Below are positions 34,148 through 44,868 of a stretch of DNA of 64,000 bases, piece after piece. The position numbers were made by a program, and so were the translations under genes. The notes under the pieces are model-generated. The model saw only the letters and a list, made by a program, of their open reading frames with translations. It was not told the origin of the DNA and made no database searches. The stretch covers positions 3,555 to 67,554 of the forward strand of contig CAJJDF010000015.1 of the NCBI GenBank assembly GCA_905182785.1. The letters are read 5' to 3'. Source of the stretch: an uncultured Flavobacteriales bacterium. GTDB taxonomy: Bacteria > Bacteroidota > Bacteroidia > Flavobacteriales_D > CAJJDF01. Position 1 is the first letter of the stretch. Each line of letters opens with the position of its first letter.

Positions 34148-35506
34148 TTACACTAATCCTTGAGCCATCATAGCGTCTGCAACTTTCACAAAACCAGCAA
34201 CATTAGCTCCTTTTACGTAATCGACATGTCCACTACTGTCTGTTCCAAATTCTACACATGATGAATGAATGTCTTTCATGATTTGTAATAATTTAGCATC
34301 CACTTCTTCCCGAGTCCAGTTAAACCTCAATGAGTTTTGAGACATTTCTAATCCTGAAGTGGCAACTCCCCCTGCGTTAGATGCTTTTCCTGGTGCAAAT
34401 AATACTTTTGCTTCTTCAAATGCAGCTACACCATCTGGTGTAGTTGGCATGTTTGCTCCTTCAGCAATACACATCACTCCATTTGCAATTAGTCCTTTTG
34501 CTTCGTCTCCGTTCAATTCGTTTTGAGTAGCACAAGGTAATGCAACATCACATGTTACTCCCCAAGGCCTTTCACCTACAAAGTACTGAACCCCATCAAA
34601 TTTTTCTGCAACTTCAGAGATTCTTCCTCTTTTTACATTTTTAAGTTCTTTTATGAAAGCAAGTTTTTCAGAATGAATTCCTCCAGGAACATAAATGTAA
34701 CCTCCAGAATCAGACATGGTAACAACTTTCCCTCCTAAATGAATTACTTTTTCACAAGCATATTGTGCTACGTTTCCTGATCCAGAAATTGCAACTATTT
34801 TTCCTGTAAAAGAATCTTTTTTAGTTTCTAGCATTTCTTGAGCAAAATAAACACATCCGTATCCAGTTGCTTCTGGGCGAATTAAACTCCCTCCATATTC
34901 AATTCCTTTACCTGTAAGTACCCCGGTAAATTCATTTTTTAACCTTTTATATTGTCCAAACATGAATCCGATTTCTCTTCCACCAACCCCTATGTCTCCT
35001 GCAGGAATATCTGTGTTTGGTCCAATATGACGACATAATTCCGACATAAAACTTTGACAAAATTTCATTACTTCATTGTCTGATTTACCCTTTGGGTTAA
35101 AATCAGATCCTCCTTTACCACCTCCCATTGGAAGTGTTGTAAGTGAGTTTTTAAATACTTGCTCAAAAGCTAAGAATTTAAGAATACTTAAGTTTACAGA
35201 AGGGTGAAAACGCAAACCACCTTTGTAAGGTCCAATTGCACTATTCATCTCAATTCTATACGCTCTGTTAATTTGAATCTCACCAGCATCATCCAGCCAG
35301 GGTACACGGAACATGATAACACGTTCTGGGTTTACCATTCTCTCAAGAATTTTGGCTTTTTTATACTTTGGGTTTGCTTCAATATAAGGAATTACAGTTT
35401 CCGCAACTTCAAGAACAGCTTGTAAAAATTCAGGCTCTTCAGGAACGATATTTTTAACATAATTCATAAACTCATCAATTTGAGTTTGGTAATTAGATGA
35501 TGACAT
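34148..35506 (-). CDS. gdhA: NADP-specific glutamate dehydrogenase
   Basis: 452 aa. Contains the catalytic-Lys region LPMGGGKGGSDFNPKGKS and the dinucleotide fold GSGNVAQYA; it resembles GdhA across its whole length. Confidence 0.95.
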   Translation of the reverse strand: MSSSNYQTQIDEFMNYVKNIVPEEPEFLQAVLEVAETVIPYIEANPKYKKAKILERMVNPERVIMFRVPWLDDAGEIQINRAYRIEMNSAIGPYKGGLRFHPSVNLSILKFLAFEQVFKNSLTTLPMGGGKGGSDFNPKGKSDNEVMKFCQSFMSELCRHIGPNTDIPAGDIGVGGREIGFMFGQYKRLKNEFTGVLTGKGIEYGGSLIRPEATGYGCVYFAQEMLETKKDSFTGKIVAISGSGNVAQYACEKVIHLGGKVVTMSDSGGYIYVPGGIHSEKLAFIKELKNVKRGRISEVAEKFDGVQYFVGERPWGVTCDVALPCATQNELNGDEAKGLIANGVMCIAEGANMPTTPDGVAAFEEAKVLFAPGKASNAGGVATSGLEMSQNSLRFNWTREEVDAKLLQIMKDIHSSCVEFGTDSSGHVDYVKGANVAGFVKVADAMMAQGLV

Positions 35507-35654
35507 TAGCTTTAATTTTTAAATTATATGCAAAAAAACGCAAAAGAATTAATATAGTACCATTATTTGATAGTTTTTTTAGTAAAATTCTGCATTTTTG
35601 TAGGAGTAAAATTTATTTTTTGATAAAATTTACGAAAACCTTATTGTATATATT

Positions 35655-36296
35655 TTGAATAATTTTTTACAAATCCTTTTTTTAAACCCAACGGACAAGA
35701 ATAATATTCCGGTTGCTTTACTTTACCTATTAATTTTTGTTGGAGTTGTTTTTGTGATAATAAAATTAGCTAATGACAATTATTTAAGACAGATACTCTC
35801 GAGAGTAGGCCTTGATAGAAAGAAGTTTGACAATCAAACCTCTAATTATAGTTTTTCTAAAAGTAATTTGTTTCTTCAAATTTCATCAATAATACTGGTT
35901 ACATTAGGTTTGAGTATACTTACCAATGAGTATTTAGGAAGTTTTAATTTAGCACAAAATTTTATTGGAGCGTTTCTTTTTTATATAATTCAAGTGCTTA
36001 GTTTTACCATTTTTTCATCATTAATAATTAATACCGAGTCGTCTTTTTTAAAACATAGACTTTCTTATTACGAATTACTTAGTGTGTGTTTATTTCCACT
36101 TATTTTGTTTTCTCTTTATTCTCCTATTAATTTATCTGTATTAGTTTTGTTGGTTATGTTGTCCTCGGTATTTTTAATAATGATTAGGATAAGTATTTAT
36201 TTAACTAGCTTGATTTCTGTATTTCATATAATTTTGTACATTTGCACCTTGGAAATAACACCAATTCTATTTTTATTAAAATTCACTTTTAACTAA
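35655..36296 (+). CDS. DUF4271-like polytopic membrane protein
   Basis: 213 aa with ~6 TM helices. It sits immediately upstream of hemD, as is usual in Bacteroidota (from recollection). Confidence 0.5.
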   Translation: MNNFLQILFLNPTDKNNIPVALLYLLIFVGVVFVIIKLANDNYLRQILSRVGLDRKKFDNQTSNYSFSKSNLFLQISSIILVTLGLSILTNEYLGSFNLAQNFIGAFLFYIIQVLSFTIFSSLIINTESSFLKHRLSYYELLSVCLFPLILFSLYSPINLSVLVLLVMLSSVFLIMIRISIYLTSLISVFHIILYICTLEITPILFLLKFTFN

Positions 36297-36303
36297 TAAT
36301 AAT

Positions 36304-37065
36304 ATGAGTTCAACGACAATTGATACAAAATTAAAGACTATTTTAATTTCTCAGCCAAAACCTGAGGAAGGAACAAAATCGCCTTATTTTGATTTAGCTA
36401 CAGAGAGAAAAATAAAGGTTGACTTTAGGCATTTCATTCATGTAGAAGGAATAGAGGCGCAAGAGTTTAGACAAAGTAGAATAGAGTTGAAAGAACATTC
36501 TGCAGTTATTTTAACCAGTAAAAGTTCTATAGATCATTATTTTAGAATTGCAGAAAAAATGAGATTTGATGTTCCTGACACAATGAAATATTTTTGCACA
36601 AACGAAACTATTGCTAAGTATTTGCAAAAATACATTGTCTATAGAAAAAGAAAAATCAGTTTTGGTAAAGCACAATTCAATGATCTTTTGCCATTAATAG
36701 TGAAGAACAAAAGCGAAAAATTTATTTTACCACTTTCGGCTCAGCATAATGGAAGTATTTCTGTTCTTTTGAAAAGTAACGACATTAATTTTTCTGAAGC
36801 GATCATGTACAAAACTGTAATTTCAGATTTATCTGATTTGGCAGATGTAAATTATGACATGTTGGTTTTCTTTAGTCCTTCTGGAATAGAGTCACTTTAT
36901 CACAATTTTCCTGATTTTAAACAAAACAAAACTAGGATTGCAGTTTGGGGTAAATCCACAGTAGAAGCTGTTATAAAAAAAGGCTTAAGAATTGATGTTG
37001 AGGCACCAATGCCGAAGATTCCATCTATGAAGAAGGCAATCGAAATGTATATGGACGGAAAGTAA
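36304..37065 (+). CDS. hemD: uroporphyrinogen-III synthase-like protein
   Basis: 253 aa. The HemD-like two-lobe pattern is present (ILISQPKPE..., AVILTSKSSIDHYF, VFFSPSGIESL, IAVWGKSTVEAV). Confidence 0.7.
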   Translation: MSSTTIDTKLKTILISQPKPEEGTKSPYFDLATERKIKVDFRHFIHVEGIEAQEFRQSRIELKEHSAVILTSKSSIDHYFRIAEKMRFDVPDTMKYFCTNETIAKYLQKYIVYRKRKISFGKAQFNDLLPLIVKNKSEKFILPLSAQHNGSISVLLKSNDINFSEAIMYKTVISDLSDLADVNYDMLVFFSPSGIESLYHNFPDFKQNKTRIAVWGKSTVEAVIKKGLRIDVEAPMPKIPSMKKAIEMYMDGK

Positions 37066-37079
37066 ATCTTACCTGACTT

Positions 37080-37469
37080 ATGAAAAATAAATTTTGTAAA
37101 GAAGAAAGGCTTTGCAACAGGAAAACGATTGATTTCTTGTTCACTGGTAAGGATAAAATAACATTTACAGAATTTCCTTTTATGGTCATAGCCAAAGAAT
37201 CGGTAAATGACGATCAAAAATTTCCTGCACAAATGATGGTTAGCGTAAGCAAAAGAAAAATACGGCTTGCAGTAAACAGAAACTTGATGAAGAGGAGAAT
37301 GAAAGAGGCTTACCGTTTGCATAAAAATGAATTTTACGACTCTCTAAAATCACAAAACAAAGGACTTATTTTATGTTTTATATTTCTCGGCAATAAACCC
37401 GCGCCATATGAATTGATAGAACAGAAAATAATTGTACTTTTAAACCGTTTAACGGAACAAAATGTTTAA
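37080..37469 (+). CDS. rnpA: ribonuclease P protein component
   Basis: 129 aa and basic. Contains [26 protein letters not shown] (the RNR-type motif) and is followed by yidD. Confidence 0.85.
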   Translation: MKNKFCKEERLCNRKTIDFLFTGKDKITFTEFPFMVIAKESVNDDQKFPAQMMVSVSKRKIRLAVNRNLMKRRMKEAYRLHKNEFYDSLKSQNKGLILCFIFLGNKPAPYELIEQKIIVLLNRLTEQNV

Positions 37470-37683
37470 GATTTTAAGTTACATATTGATTTTCCTTGTA
37501 AGGATTTATCAATACGTTATCTCGCCAATTTTACCATCTGCTTGCAGATATACTCCAAGTTGCTCAGTGTATACGGTAGATGCGATTAAAAAACATGGGC
37601 CAATTAAAGGGGGCTGGTTGGGAATAAAGAGAATAGCTTCCTGTAATCCTTGGGGAGGTCATGGACACGATCCAGTTCCTTAA
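37462..37683 (+). CDS. yidD: membrane protein insertion efficiency factor YidD
   Basis: 73 aa. Contains [22 protein letters not shown]...[17 protein letters not shown]. It overlaps rnpA by 8 nt. Confidence 0.9.
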   Translation: MFKILSYILIFLVRIYQYVISPILPSACRYTPSCSVYTVDAIKKHGPIKGGWLGIKRIASCNPWGGHGHDPVP

Positions 37684-37698
37684 TAATTTATTGATACT

Positions 37699-39345
37699 AT
37701 GAAAAATATATACATTTTAATCTTTTTAATTACTTCTAATTTTGGAGCGTTTTCACAAAAAGAAAACACAGAAGAGTTTTTTGAAATATCTAAAAACTTA
37801 ACTATTTTTAGTGAAGTTTATAAAAATATAAACTTCTATTTTGTAGATGAAACTAATCCAGGTGAATTAATGAAAACAGGGATTGATGCCATGCTAAAAT
37901 CACTTGATCCTTACACCAATTTCATTCCAGAATCAAACATAGAAGATTATAGAATGATGCAAAGTGGTCAATATGGAGGAATTGGCTCACTGATAAGAAA
38001 GCAAGGTGAATTTGTGCAAATTACAAATCCTTATAAAGGTTTTCCTGCTCAAAAAGCTGGACTAAAAGCGGGTGATTTAATCAAAGAAATTGACGGAAAA
38101 TCTATAGAGGGAAAACGCTCTAGCGAAGTGAGTGATTTACTGAAAGGGGCAAAAGGGACAGACGTAATTTTATCTGTAGAAAGAACTAAAGAGACTACTT
38201 TATTACTAATTACTGTAACTAGAGAATTAATAACAATCCCTACTGTTCCTTACTTTAATGAAGTTTCTAATGGGGTGGGTTATATAAAATTAACTCAATT
38301 TATGGGAACTTCAAGTTCTGAATTGGGGAAAGCATTTAGAGCATTAATTGATACAAATAACATTACAAGTTTAATTCTTGATTTAAGAGGAAATCCAGGG
38401 GGTTTGTTGAATGAATCGGTAAACATTGTAAATATGTTTGTGCCGAAAGGAACTAAAGTTGTGGAGACAAAAGGAAGGCTTAAGCAAAACAACCTTACTT
38501 ATTTTGGAAGAAATAAACCGCTAGATTTAAAAATCCCATTAGTTGTTTTAGTCAATGGAAACTCAGCATCAGCCTCTGAAATTGTATCGGGGACTTTACA
38601 AGATTTGGATAGAGCTGTTATTATTGGAAACCAATCTTATGGGAAAGGACTTGTGCAGCAAACTAAAGACATGGAGTATAATTCCATTATTAAATTGACT
38701 ATAGCAAAATACTACACACCAAGTGGAAGATGTATTCAGAGGTTAGATTATTCGAACAGAAATACAACAGGAAAAGGGACAAACATTTCTGACTCTTTAG
38801 TACAAAGCTTTAAGACAAAAAATGGAAGACCAGTAACAGACGGAAGGGGAATTACTCCTGATATTGAAGTGAAAGAAAAATCAATTTCGTCCATAAGTGC
38901 AGCTTTACTTACGAAGGATATTATTTTTGATTTTGCCACCGATTTTTATTACAAAAACAAAGAGATAGCTTCTCCTAAAGATTATAAGTTAGGGGATGAA
39001 GAGTACAAGAAGTTCGTACTTTATGCTTTGAACAAAGATTTTGACTATACTACTGGGTCAGAAAAAACACTAGAAAGGTTGAAAGAAGTAGCTCAAGACG
39101 AGCAGTATTATGAAGCAGCAAAAGAAGAGTTTGATGCTTTGGTGAAATCACTTTCTCCTGATAAAAAGAGAGACCTTAAAAAGTTTAAGGATGAAATCAC
39201 CATGTTGGTTGAGAATGAAATAATAGGGAGGTATTATTTTCAGGAAGGTCAAATTACACACGACTTAATGAAAGATGATTATGTACTAAAAGCAATTGAG
39301 GTACTAACAAATAAAGCAGAGTACGATAAAATTTTGAAGCCTTAG
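37699..39345 (+). CDS. S41 family C-terminal processing (tail-specific) peptidase with a PDZ domain
   Basis: 548 aa with a signal peptide. Contains a PDZ region (GFPAQKAGLKAGDLIKEIDG), LDLRGNPGG and the catalytic region VLVNGNSASASEIVSG ... YGKG. Confidence 0.85.
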   Translation: MKNIYILIFLITSNFGAFSQKENTEEFFEISKNLTIFSEVYKNINFYFVDETNPGELMKTGIDAMLKSLDPYTNFIPESNIEDYRMMQSGQYGGIGSLIRKQGEFVQITNPYKGFPAQKAGLKAGDLIKEIDGKSIEGKRSSEVSDLLKGAKGTDVILSVERTKETTLLLITVTRELITIPTVPYFNEVSNGVGYIKLTQFMGTSSSELGKAFRALIDTNNITSLILDLRGNPGGLLNESVNIVNMFVPKGTKVVETKGRLKQNNLTYFGRNKPLDLKIPLVVLVNGNSASASEIVSGTLQDLDRAVIIGNQSYGKGLVQQTKDMEYNSIIKLTIAKYYTPSGRCIQRLDYSNRNTTGKGTNISDSLVQSFKTKNGRPVTDGRGITPDIEVKEKSISSISAALLTKDIIFDFATDFYYKNKEIASPKDYKLGDEEYKKFVLYALNKDFDYTTGSEKTLERLKEVAQDEQYYEAAKEEFDALVKSLSPDKKRDLKKFKDEITMLVENEIIGRYYFQEGQITHDLMKDDYVLKAIEVLTNKAEYDKILKP

Positions 39346-39352
39346 AATAAAT

Positions 39353-40924
39353 ATGTTAGAAAAAGGAAAACTCTTCATATCATATATTACTGGTTATTGG
39401 ACTCATCTGTTTTTCTTGAGTTTGATAGTTATAGGAATGCCTTTTTCTAAGTTTTTGATGAGTTTAGGAACAATAGCCTTAATCGTAAATTGGCTTCTAG
39501 AAGGGGGGCTAATTTCCAAATTCAAATCTTTCTTCAATAATAGAGTTGCTTTGTTCTCTACAGGAGTTTTTGTCGTTTTTTTTCTTGGATTAATCCATAC
39601 TCAGGATTTTGCTTATGGATTTAAAGATTTAAGGATAAAAATCCCACTGCTTGTTTTTCCAGTTATTTTCAGTACAACTCACAGGCTTAAGAAGCCGCAT
39701 TATTTTTTAATAGTTAGACTGTTTGTTCTTTCTGTTTTAGCTAGTTCACTGTATGGGTTTTTGGCTTATCAGGATATTCTCCCAGCCAAAAAAGAAGTAA
39801 ATCAAATAAGGGATATCTCTCAATTTATTTCTCACATCAGGTTTTCTATGATGATTGTGCTGAGTTTGTTTTTAATTCCTAAATTATTTAATAAAAATAT
39901 TCCTCAAAAAGTATTTAGTGTAATTACAAGCCTTTGGTTTCTATATTTTTTATCTTTTATGGAGTCCGCAACTGGCCTTGTTTTGGGATTTGTGACTTTA
40001 TTCTTCATCTCACTTTATTACCTTTTTAAGAAAAAAAGCATTTATGGTTTTGCTATGATTGCCCCAATTTTGATTTCAGGGTTTATTATGGGACAAAACT
40101 TATTGAGCACCTACAATACAGTAAAACTTGATGTTTCTGACAAACAGGAAACGACCAAAAGTGGCAATGCTTACGACATAGACTCTGTCTATTATTTCTT
40201 TGACAACGGAAATTATTCGAACGATTATATGTGTGAGAAGGAGCTTGAAACTTCGTGGAACTCCATTTCTGATGTTCCTTATTATGGAGTTGAGGATGAA
40301 TACGGAACGAAGTACATTTTAATTAGATATTTAACATCCAAAGGATTAAGAAAAGATAAAGAAGGAGTTTTGACGTTAACTAATAGAGACATTACAAATA
40401 TAGAAAACAAGATTCCAAATTATTTACATGCCAACTCCAACATTGTCTCTAGAATTCATTTGTTGATGTTTGAAATAGATGGGTATTTTCAAGGAGTAAA
40501 TTCTGGCGGGAATTCACTTGCTCAAAGACTTCAATACTGGAAATTAAGCAAAGCTATGATTCAAGAAAGTCCTTTCTTTGGATACGGAACGGGAGACGTT
40601 CCTTTGGAATTTAAAAAACAATACGAAGCCAATAAAAAATGTTTAGATAAAGTCTACCAATTACGCTCACACAATCAATATTTATCTACAACAATTGCAT
40701 TAGGTTTGGTTGGGCTATTATTCTTTTTGTTTTTTGTTCTTTATCCTGTAAAAACAGCTTTTAGAGAAAGAAATTACTTTTATTTAATCTGCTTGTGTAT
40801 AGCTCTGTTGTCTTTTATTTCTGAGGATACACTGGAAACTCAAGACGGAGTTTTCTTCTTTGCTTTTTTAACTAATTTCTTTCTTTTTAGCTCAAGAAAT
40901 AGATATTTAAAAAGTGTAGATTAA
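39353..40924 (+). CDS. O-antigen ligase (Wzy_C)-like polytopic membrane protein
   Basis: 523 aa with ~10-12 TM helices and a large loop. The late motif LRSHNQYLSTTIALGLVG is typical of the O-antigen ligase family. Confidence 0.6.
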   Translation: MLEKGKLFISYITGYWTHLFFLSLIVIGMPFSKFLMSLGTIALIVNWLLEGGLISKFKSFFNNRVALFSTGVFVVFFLGLIHTQDFAYGFKDLRIKIPLLVFPVIFSTTHRLKKPHYFLIVRLFVLSVLASSLYGFLAYQDILPAKKEVNQIRDISQFISHIRFSMMIVLSLFLIPKLFNKNIPQKVFSVITSLWFLYFLSFMESATGLVLGFVTLFFISLYYLFKKKSIYGFAMIAPILISGFIMGQNLLSTYNTVKLDVSDKQETTKSGNAYDIDSVYYFFDNGNYSNDYMCEKELETSWNSISDVPYYGVEDEYGTKYILIRYLTSKGLRKDKEGVLTLTNRDITNIENKIPNYLHANSNIVSRIHLLMFEIDGYFQGVNSGGNSLAQRLQYWKLSKAMIQESPFFGYGTGDVPLEFKKQYEANKKCLDKVYQLRSHNQYLSTTIALGLVGLLFFLFFVLYPVKTAFRERNYFYLICLCIALLSFISEDTLETQDGVFFFAFLTNFFLFSSRNRYLKSVD

Positions 40925-41349
40925 TTGTAAATACGTAGCGTGTTATTTCCAGAATTAAATGAAGTTTGGTAGGTTTTAAGTGGTAAAGTAGCTGGGGAAT
41001 TATTTACCGCACCATCAAATATATTATACTGACTTCCATCACAAAGACAATCTACTACAATGTTATCCGTATTTACTTCTGCTGTACCACAAGAATTTAC
41101 TTCGTTATAAGTGCAGTTTCTATCGTAAGCTACGAATTCATTTCCTCCCTTTGCATAAACCAAAATCCCCTTTAATCCACCTGCTACATAAGCCCATCCT
41201 CCGGGAACTTGTAGTGTATTGTATTGAGGTAAACTAATATTAATGTATACATCCAGAGCGGGATAAAAAGCTCTCTCTTGGTTTTTGTTGCAATTGGTAA
41301 TTGCAATTAGGATTAAAATTATTGAAGCTATTTTTACAATTGATTTCAT
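40921..41349 (-). CDS. hypothetical lipoprotein (Cys-rich beta-protein)
   Basis: 142 aa. The lipobox reads AITNC. It has five further Cys residues (NCTYNEVNSCGTA...VVDCLCDG). It is convergent with the ligase-like gene, overlapping by 4 nt. Confidence 0.5.
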   Translation of the reverse strand: MKSIVKIASIILILIAITNCNKNQERAFYPALDVYINISLPQYNTLQVPGGWAYVAGGLKGILVYAKGGNEFVAYDRNCTYNEVNSCGTAEVNTDNIVVDCLCDGSQYNIFDGAVNNSPATLPLKTYQTSFNSGNNTLRIYN

Positions 41350-41398
41350 ACTGTAATGAACTTTTAAATTGTTTGTTTATTGTTGGTTACAAATCTAG

Positions 41399-41596
41399 CT
41401 ATTGCTGTGGCGTAAATTTACGAATTAATTCTCCAATTGAATCAAAAGGAATGTTCGCCATTTTTTTGAAACGGATACAACTTTTTCCACTGTCTAGTTT
41501 GTATTTACAAGCTTTAGGATATTCTTTTACAAACCATTCATGAATTTCCTCACCTGCGTACAATCCTATGTGGTACAATGCACTAAAGACTTTATG
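41399..41596 (-). pseudogene. possible C-terminal remnant of a small gene (DUF1801/YdhG-like?)
   Basis: A 65-codon open frame has no ATG near its 5' end. It reads HKVFSALYHIGLYAGEEIHEWFVKEYPKACKYKLDSGKSCIRFKKMANIPFDSIGELIRKFTPQQ* and is bounded upstream by a TAG at 41597-41599. It looks protein-like, and the family guess is from memory only. A TTG at 41576-41578 could give a 59-aa product. Confidence 0.25.
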
Positions 41597-41615
41597 CTAA
41601 GAATGGATGAGTATT

Positions 41616-44486
41616 TTACGCCTCCTCCATTTCATAATTTTCAATTCCAGGACAAGAACATATAAGATTTCTATCTCCATATCCTTGATCAACTCTTGAT
41701 ACATGAGCCCAGAATTTAAACTCTTTCAAGTAAGGCAAAGGCATAATAGCTTGTTTTCTTGGGTAAGGAAATTTCCATTTGTCTTCCATTACATCACTCA
41801 GTATGTGAGGAGCATTTTTCAATAAGTTATTTTCCTTGTCGTAAACCCCTTCTTCAATTTCTTTCACTTCATTTCTAATCGCAATCATTGCATCACAAAA
41901 TCTATCCAATTCTGCTTTCGATTCACTTTCTGTTGGTTCTACCATTAGGGTATTTGCTACTGGAAAAGACACTGTGGGAGCATGAAAACCGAAATCAATT
42001 AAGCGTTTCGCAATATCTGCTACTTCAACACCAGAACTAGCTTTAAAATCTCTACAATCCAATATCATTTCATGCGCTACAGTTCCGTTCTCTCCCTGAT
42101 AAAGAATACTATAATGTTTGTCTAGCTTTGCTTTGATGTAATTTGCATTTAAAATAGCATGTTCAGTTGATTTTCTCAACCCTCGTTCTCCTAACATCTT
42201 AATGTATCCATAAGAAATTAACAAGATTAATGCACTTCCAAAAGGAGCTCCAGAAATAGAAGTAATAGCTTGTTCCCCTCCAGTTTTCACTAGTGGATTT
42301 CCTGGCAAGAAAGGAGTAAGTTGTTTCGCAACTCCAATTGGCCCAACTCCTGGTCCACCACCTCCGTGAGGAATAGCAAATGTTTTATGTAAATTAAGGT
42401 GACACACATCTGCACCAATGTTTCCTGGACTAGTCAATCCAACTTGTGCATTCATGTTTGCACCATCCATATAAACTTGACCTCCGTGTTCGTGAATTAA
42501 AGAGGTCATTTCTATGATTGAAGCTTCAAATACTCCGTGAGTAGAAGGATAAGTAATCATCACTCCAGCAAGATTTTCACTGTGAGTTTCTGCTTTTTCT
42601 TTTAAATCGGTTATGTCAATGTTTCCTTTTTCATCACATTTGGTAACTACCACTTTCATACCCGCCATTACAGCAGATGCAGGGTTTGTTCCGTGAGCCG
42701 AAGCAGGAATCAACATAATGTTTCTGTTAAAGTCTCCTCTGCTTTCGTGGTAAGCTCTTATCACCATAAGTCCAGCATACTCACCTTGAGCACCAGAGTT
42801 TGGCTGCATAGATACTTTGTCAAATCCAGTGATTTCTGACAATAAATCATCCAATTCTTCAATAATTTCGTAATATCCTAGAGCTTGTTCTTTAGGAACA
42901 AAAGGATGAATATTAGCAAATTCTGGCCATGTGATTGGCATCAGTTCACTTGCCGAGTTCAGTTTCATTGTACAAGAACCCAAGGAAATCATAGAATGTG
43001 TCAATGACATATCTCTGTTCTCTAATTTCTTGATATAACGCATCATATCCGTTTCAGTATGGTACATATTGAAAACAGGATGAGTTAAAAATTCAGAGGT
43101 TCTTTTGAATTTATCATCAAAAGAAATGGTTTCGTTAGCTTCTTCAATTGTTTCCTTAGTTTTAGAAGTTGCTTCTGCAAATACACCCAAAATAGCATTA
43201 ACCTCAGTAATTGAAGTTGTTTCGTTTAAACTAATTTTTACTGTAGTGTCATTTTTCATGAAAAAGTTCATTTCATGTTTCAATCCGACAGCAGAAATTT
43301 CACCAGCTTGGTCTGTTTTGATAGAAATAGTATCGAAGTAATTGTTTGTAATTACTTCCATTCCCATTTTAGTCAATCCATTTGCCAAAATAGAAGTTAA
43401 AGAATGAACTTGAGTTGCAATTCTTTTTATCCCGGCTTGACCGTGATAAACAGCATACATGGCTGCCATATTTGCCAATAAAGCTTGAGCTGTACAAATG
43501 TTTGAAGTTGCTTTTTCTCTTCTTATATGTTGTTCACGAGTTTGTAACGCCATTCTCATTGCGTTATTTCCATGTCTGTCTTTAGAAACTCCAATAATTC
43601 TTCCTGGTAGGTTTCTTTTGTATTCTTCGCTAGTTGCAAAGTAAGCTGCGTGTGGCCCTCCAAATCCCATTGGCACACCAAATCTTTGTGTATTTCCAAC
43701 TACTACATCAGCTCCCCATTCTCCTGGAGGAGTCAATAGTGCTAAACTTAATATATCGGCAGCTACAACTAGTTTTGCTTTGTGCTCGTGTAACTCTTCT
43801 GCAAGAGTTCTATAATCATGAACTTCTCCATTAGAATCTGGATATTGAACAATTGCTCCAAAAAATTCGGAAGTGATTGCAAATTCTTTGTGGTTACCAA
43901 TGAATAATTCAATTCCAAAACCTTTTGCTCTTGTTTTTATTACGTCAATTGTTTGTGGGAAACAATCTTCCGAAACAAAAAACTTAACAGCTCCACTTTT
44001 TACTTGGTCTCTTTTTCTTGTGTTGAATAACATTGACATTGCTTCAGCAGCAGCTGTAGATTCATCCAACAAAGAAGCATTTGCGATACTCATTCCTGTC
44101 AGGTCGCTTACCATAGTTTGGAAATTCAGTAGCGACTCCAATCTGCCTTGAGCAATCTCAGCTTGGTAAGGCGTGTAAGCAGTGTACCATCCTGGGTTTT
44201 CCAAAACATTTCTTTGAATAACTGGAGGAACTATTGTATTGTAATAACCTAAACCTATGTAAGATTTAAATACTTTATTTTTTGTACCAATCTCTTTCAC
44301 TAAGTTCAAATATTCAAACTCGGTAAGAGCTTCTGGAACATTTAAATTATTTTTTAGCCTTATGTTGCTAGGAATAGTTTTATCTATTAGAGAATCAACT
44401 GAGTCAATTCCAATTTCTTTCAACATTAATTCTCTATCGTTTCCAAGAGTACCAATGTGTCTGGTTTCAAAAAGTTCTTTTTTCAT
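41616..44486 (-). CDS. gcvP: glycine dehydrogenase (decarboxylating), glycine cleavage P protein
   Basis: The ORF track extends to 44525. I prefer the Met giving [13 protein letters not shown] (ATG at 44484-44486), the usual GcvP N-terminus. The PLP-Lys region is [19 protein letters not shown]. About 956 aa. Confidence 0.95.
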   Translation of the reverse strand: MKKELFETRHIGTLGNDRELMLKEIGIDSVDSLIDKTIPSNIRLKNNLNVPEALTEFEYLNLVKEIGTKNKVFKSYIGLGYYNTIVPPVIQRNVLENPGWYTAYTPYQAEIAQGRLESLLNFQTMVSDLTGMSIANASLLDESTAAAEAMSMLFNTRKRDQVKSGAVKFFVSEDCFPQTIDVIKTRAKGFGIELFIGNHKEFAITSEFFGAIVQYPDSNGEVHDYRTLAEELHEHKAKLVVAADILSLALLTPPGEWGADVVVGNTQRFGVPMGFGGPHAAYFATSEEYKRNLPGRIIGVSKDRHGNNAMRMALQTREQHIRREKATSNICTAQALLANMAAMYAVYHGQAGIKRIATQVHSLTSILANGLTKMGMEVITNNYFDTISIKTDQAGEISAVGLKHEMNFFMKNDTTVKISLNETTSITEVNAILGVFAEATSKTKETIEEANETISFDDKFKRTSEFLTHPVFNMYHTETDMMRYIKKLENRDMSLTHSMISLGSCTMKLNSASELMPITWPEFANIHPFVPKEQALGYYEIIEELDDLLSEITGFDKVSMQPNSGAQGEYAGLMVIRAYHESRGDFNRNIMLIPASAHGTNPASAVMAGMKVVVTKCDEKGNIDITDLKEKAETHSENLAGVMITYPSTHGVFEASIIEMTSLIHEHGGQVYMDGANMNAQVGLTSPGNIGADVCHLNLHKTFAIPHGGGGPGVGPIGVAKQLTPFLPGNPLVKTGGEQAITSISGAPFGSALILLISYGYIKMLGERGLRKSTEHAILNANYIKAKLDKHYSILYQGENGTVAHEMILDCRDFKASSGVEVADIAKRLIDFGFHAPTVSFPVANTLMVEPTESESKAELDRFCDAMIAIRNEVKEIEEGVYDKENNLLKNAPHILSDVMEDKWKFPYPRKQAIMPLPYLKEFKFWAHVSRVDQGYGDRNLICSCPGIENYEMEEA

Positions 44487-44868
44487 TGAATATTTTTCTA
44501 AGTAATAACTAGTGTTTGAGAACACAAAATTAATTTATTTTTTGATTACTTGTAAGTAAAATACAGGAAATAATTTTAAACAAAAGAGAATTATTTAATG
44601 TCAGTTTTTAATTTTTAATGTGCTGAATTATAAATAGATATTTCATTTTTATCTAAAACATAAGTCATAAACTGTTAGTTTTTGCTTTTCATTTTGATTC
44701 CTATAGTAGAATTTTGGTATAGAAAAAAGAACTAAGCCAATTCAAATGTAATTTTTTGAATTAAATCTAAAAAAGATGAAAAGAGAAAGTATAACATTGA
44801 AAGAAGAATTAAATTATGATAGAAATAGGAATTATTTTTCTAGCAATTACCTTAATTAGATTAACAAT

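Noticed and set aside
35632-35650. A near half-site CCTTATTGT (8/9 of ACTTATTGT) in the gdhA/DUF4271 divergent region.
   Set aside because: There is no partner arm at 7-nt spacing and one core mismatch. It cannot be distinguished from chance in AT-rich DNA.
36900-37322. A 140-aa minus-strand ORF.
   Set aside because: It is antisense to the hemD 3' end and to rnpA, both of which are well supported. Its translation is not protein-like.
44487-44868. The long (382-nt) AT-rich region upstream of gcvP was inspected for a glycine riboswitch or another leader RNA.
   Set aside because: The minus strand has no GGAGAG/CACCG-type conserved cores and no GC-rich helices. Only tiny ORFs are present (5-27 codons).
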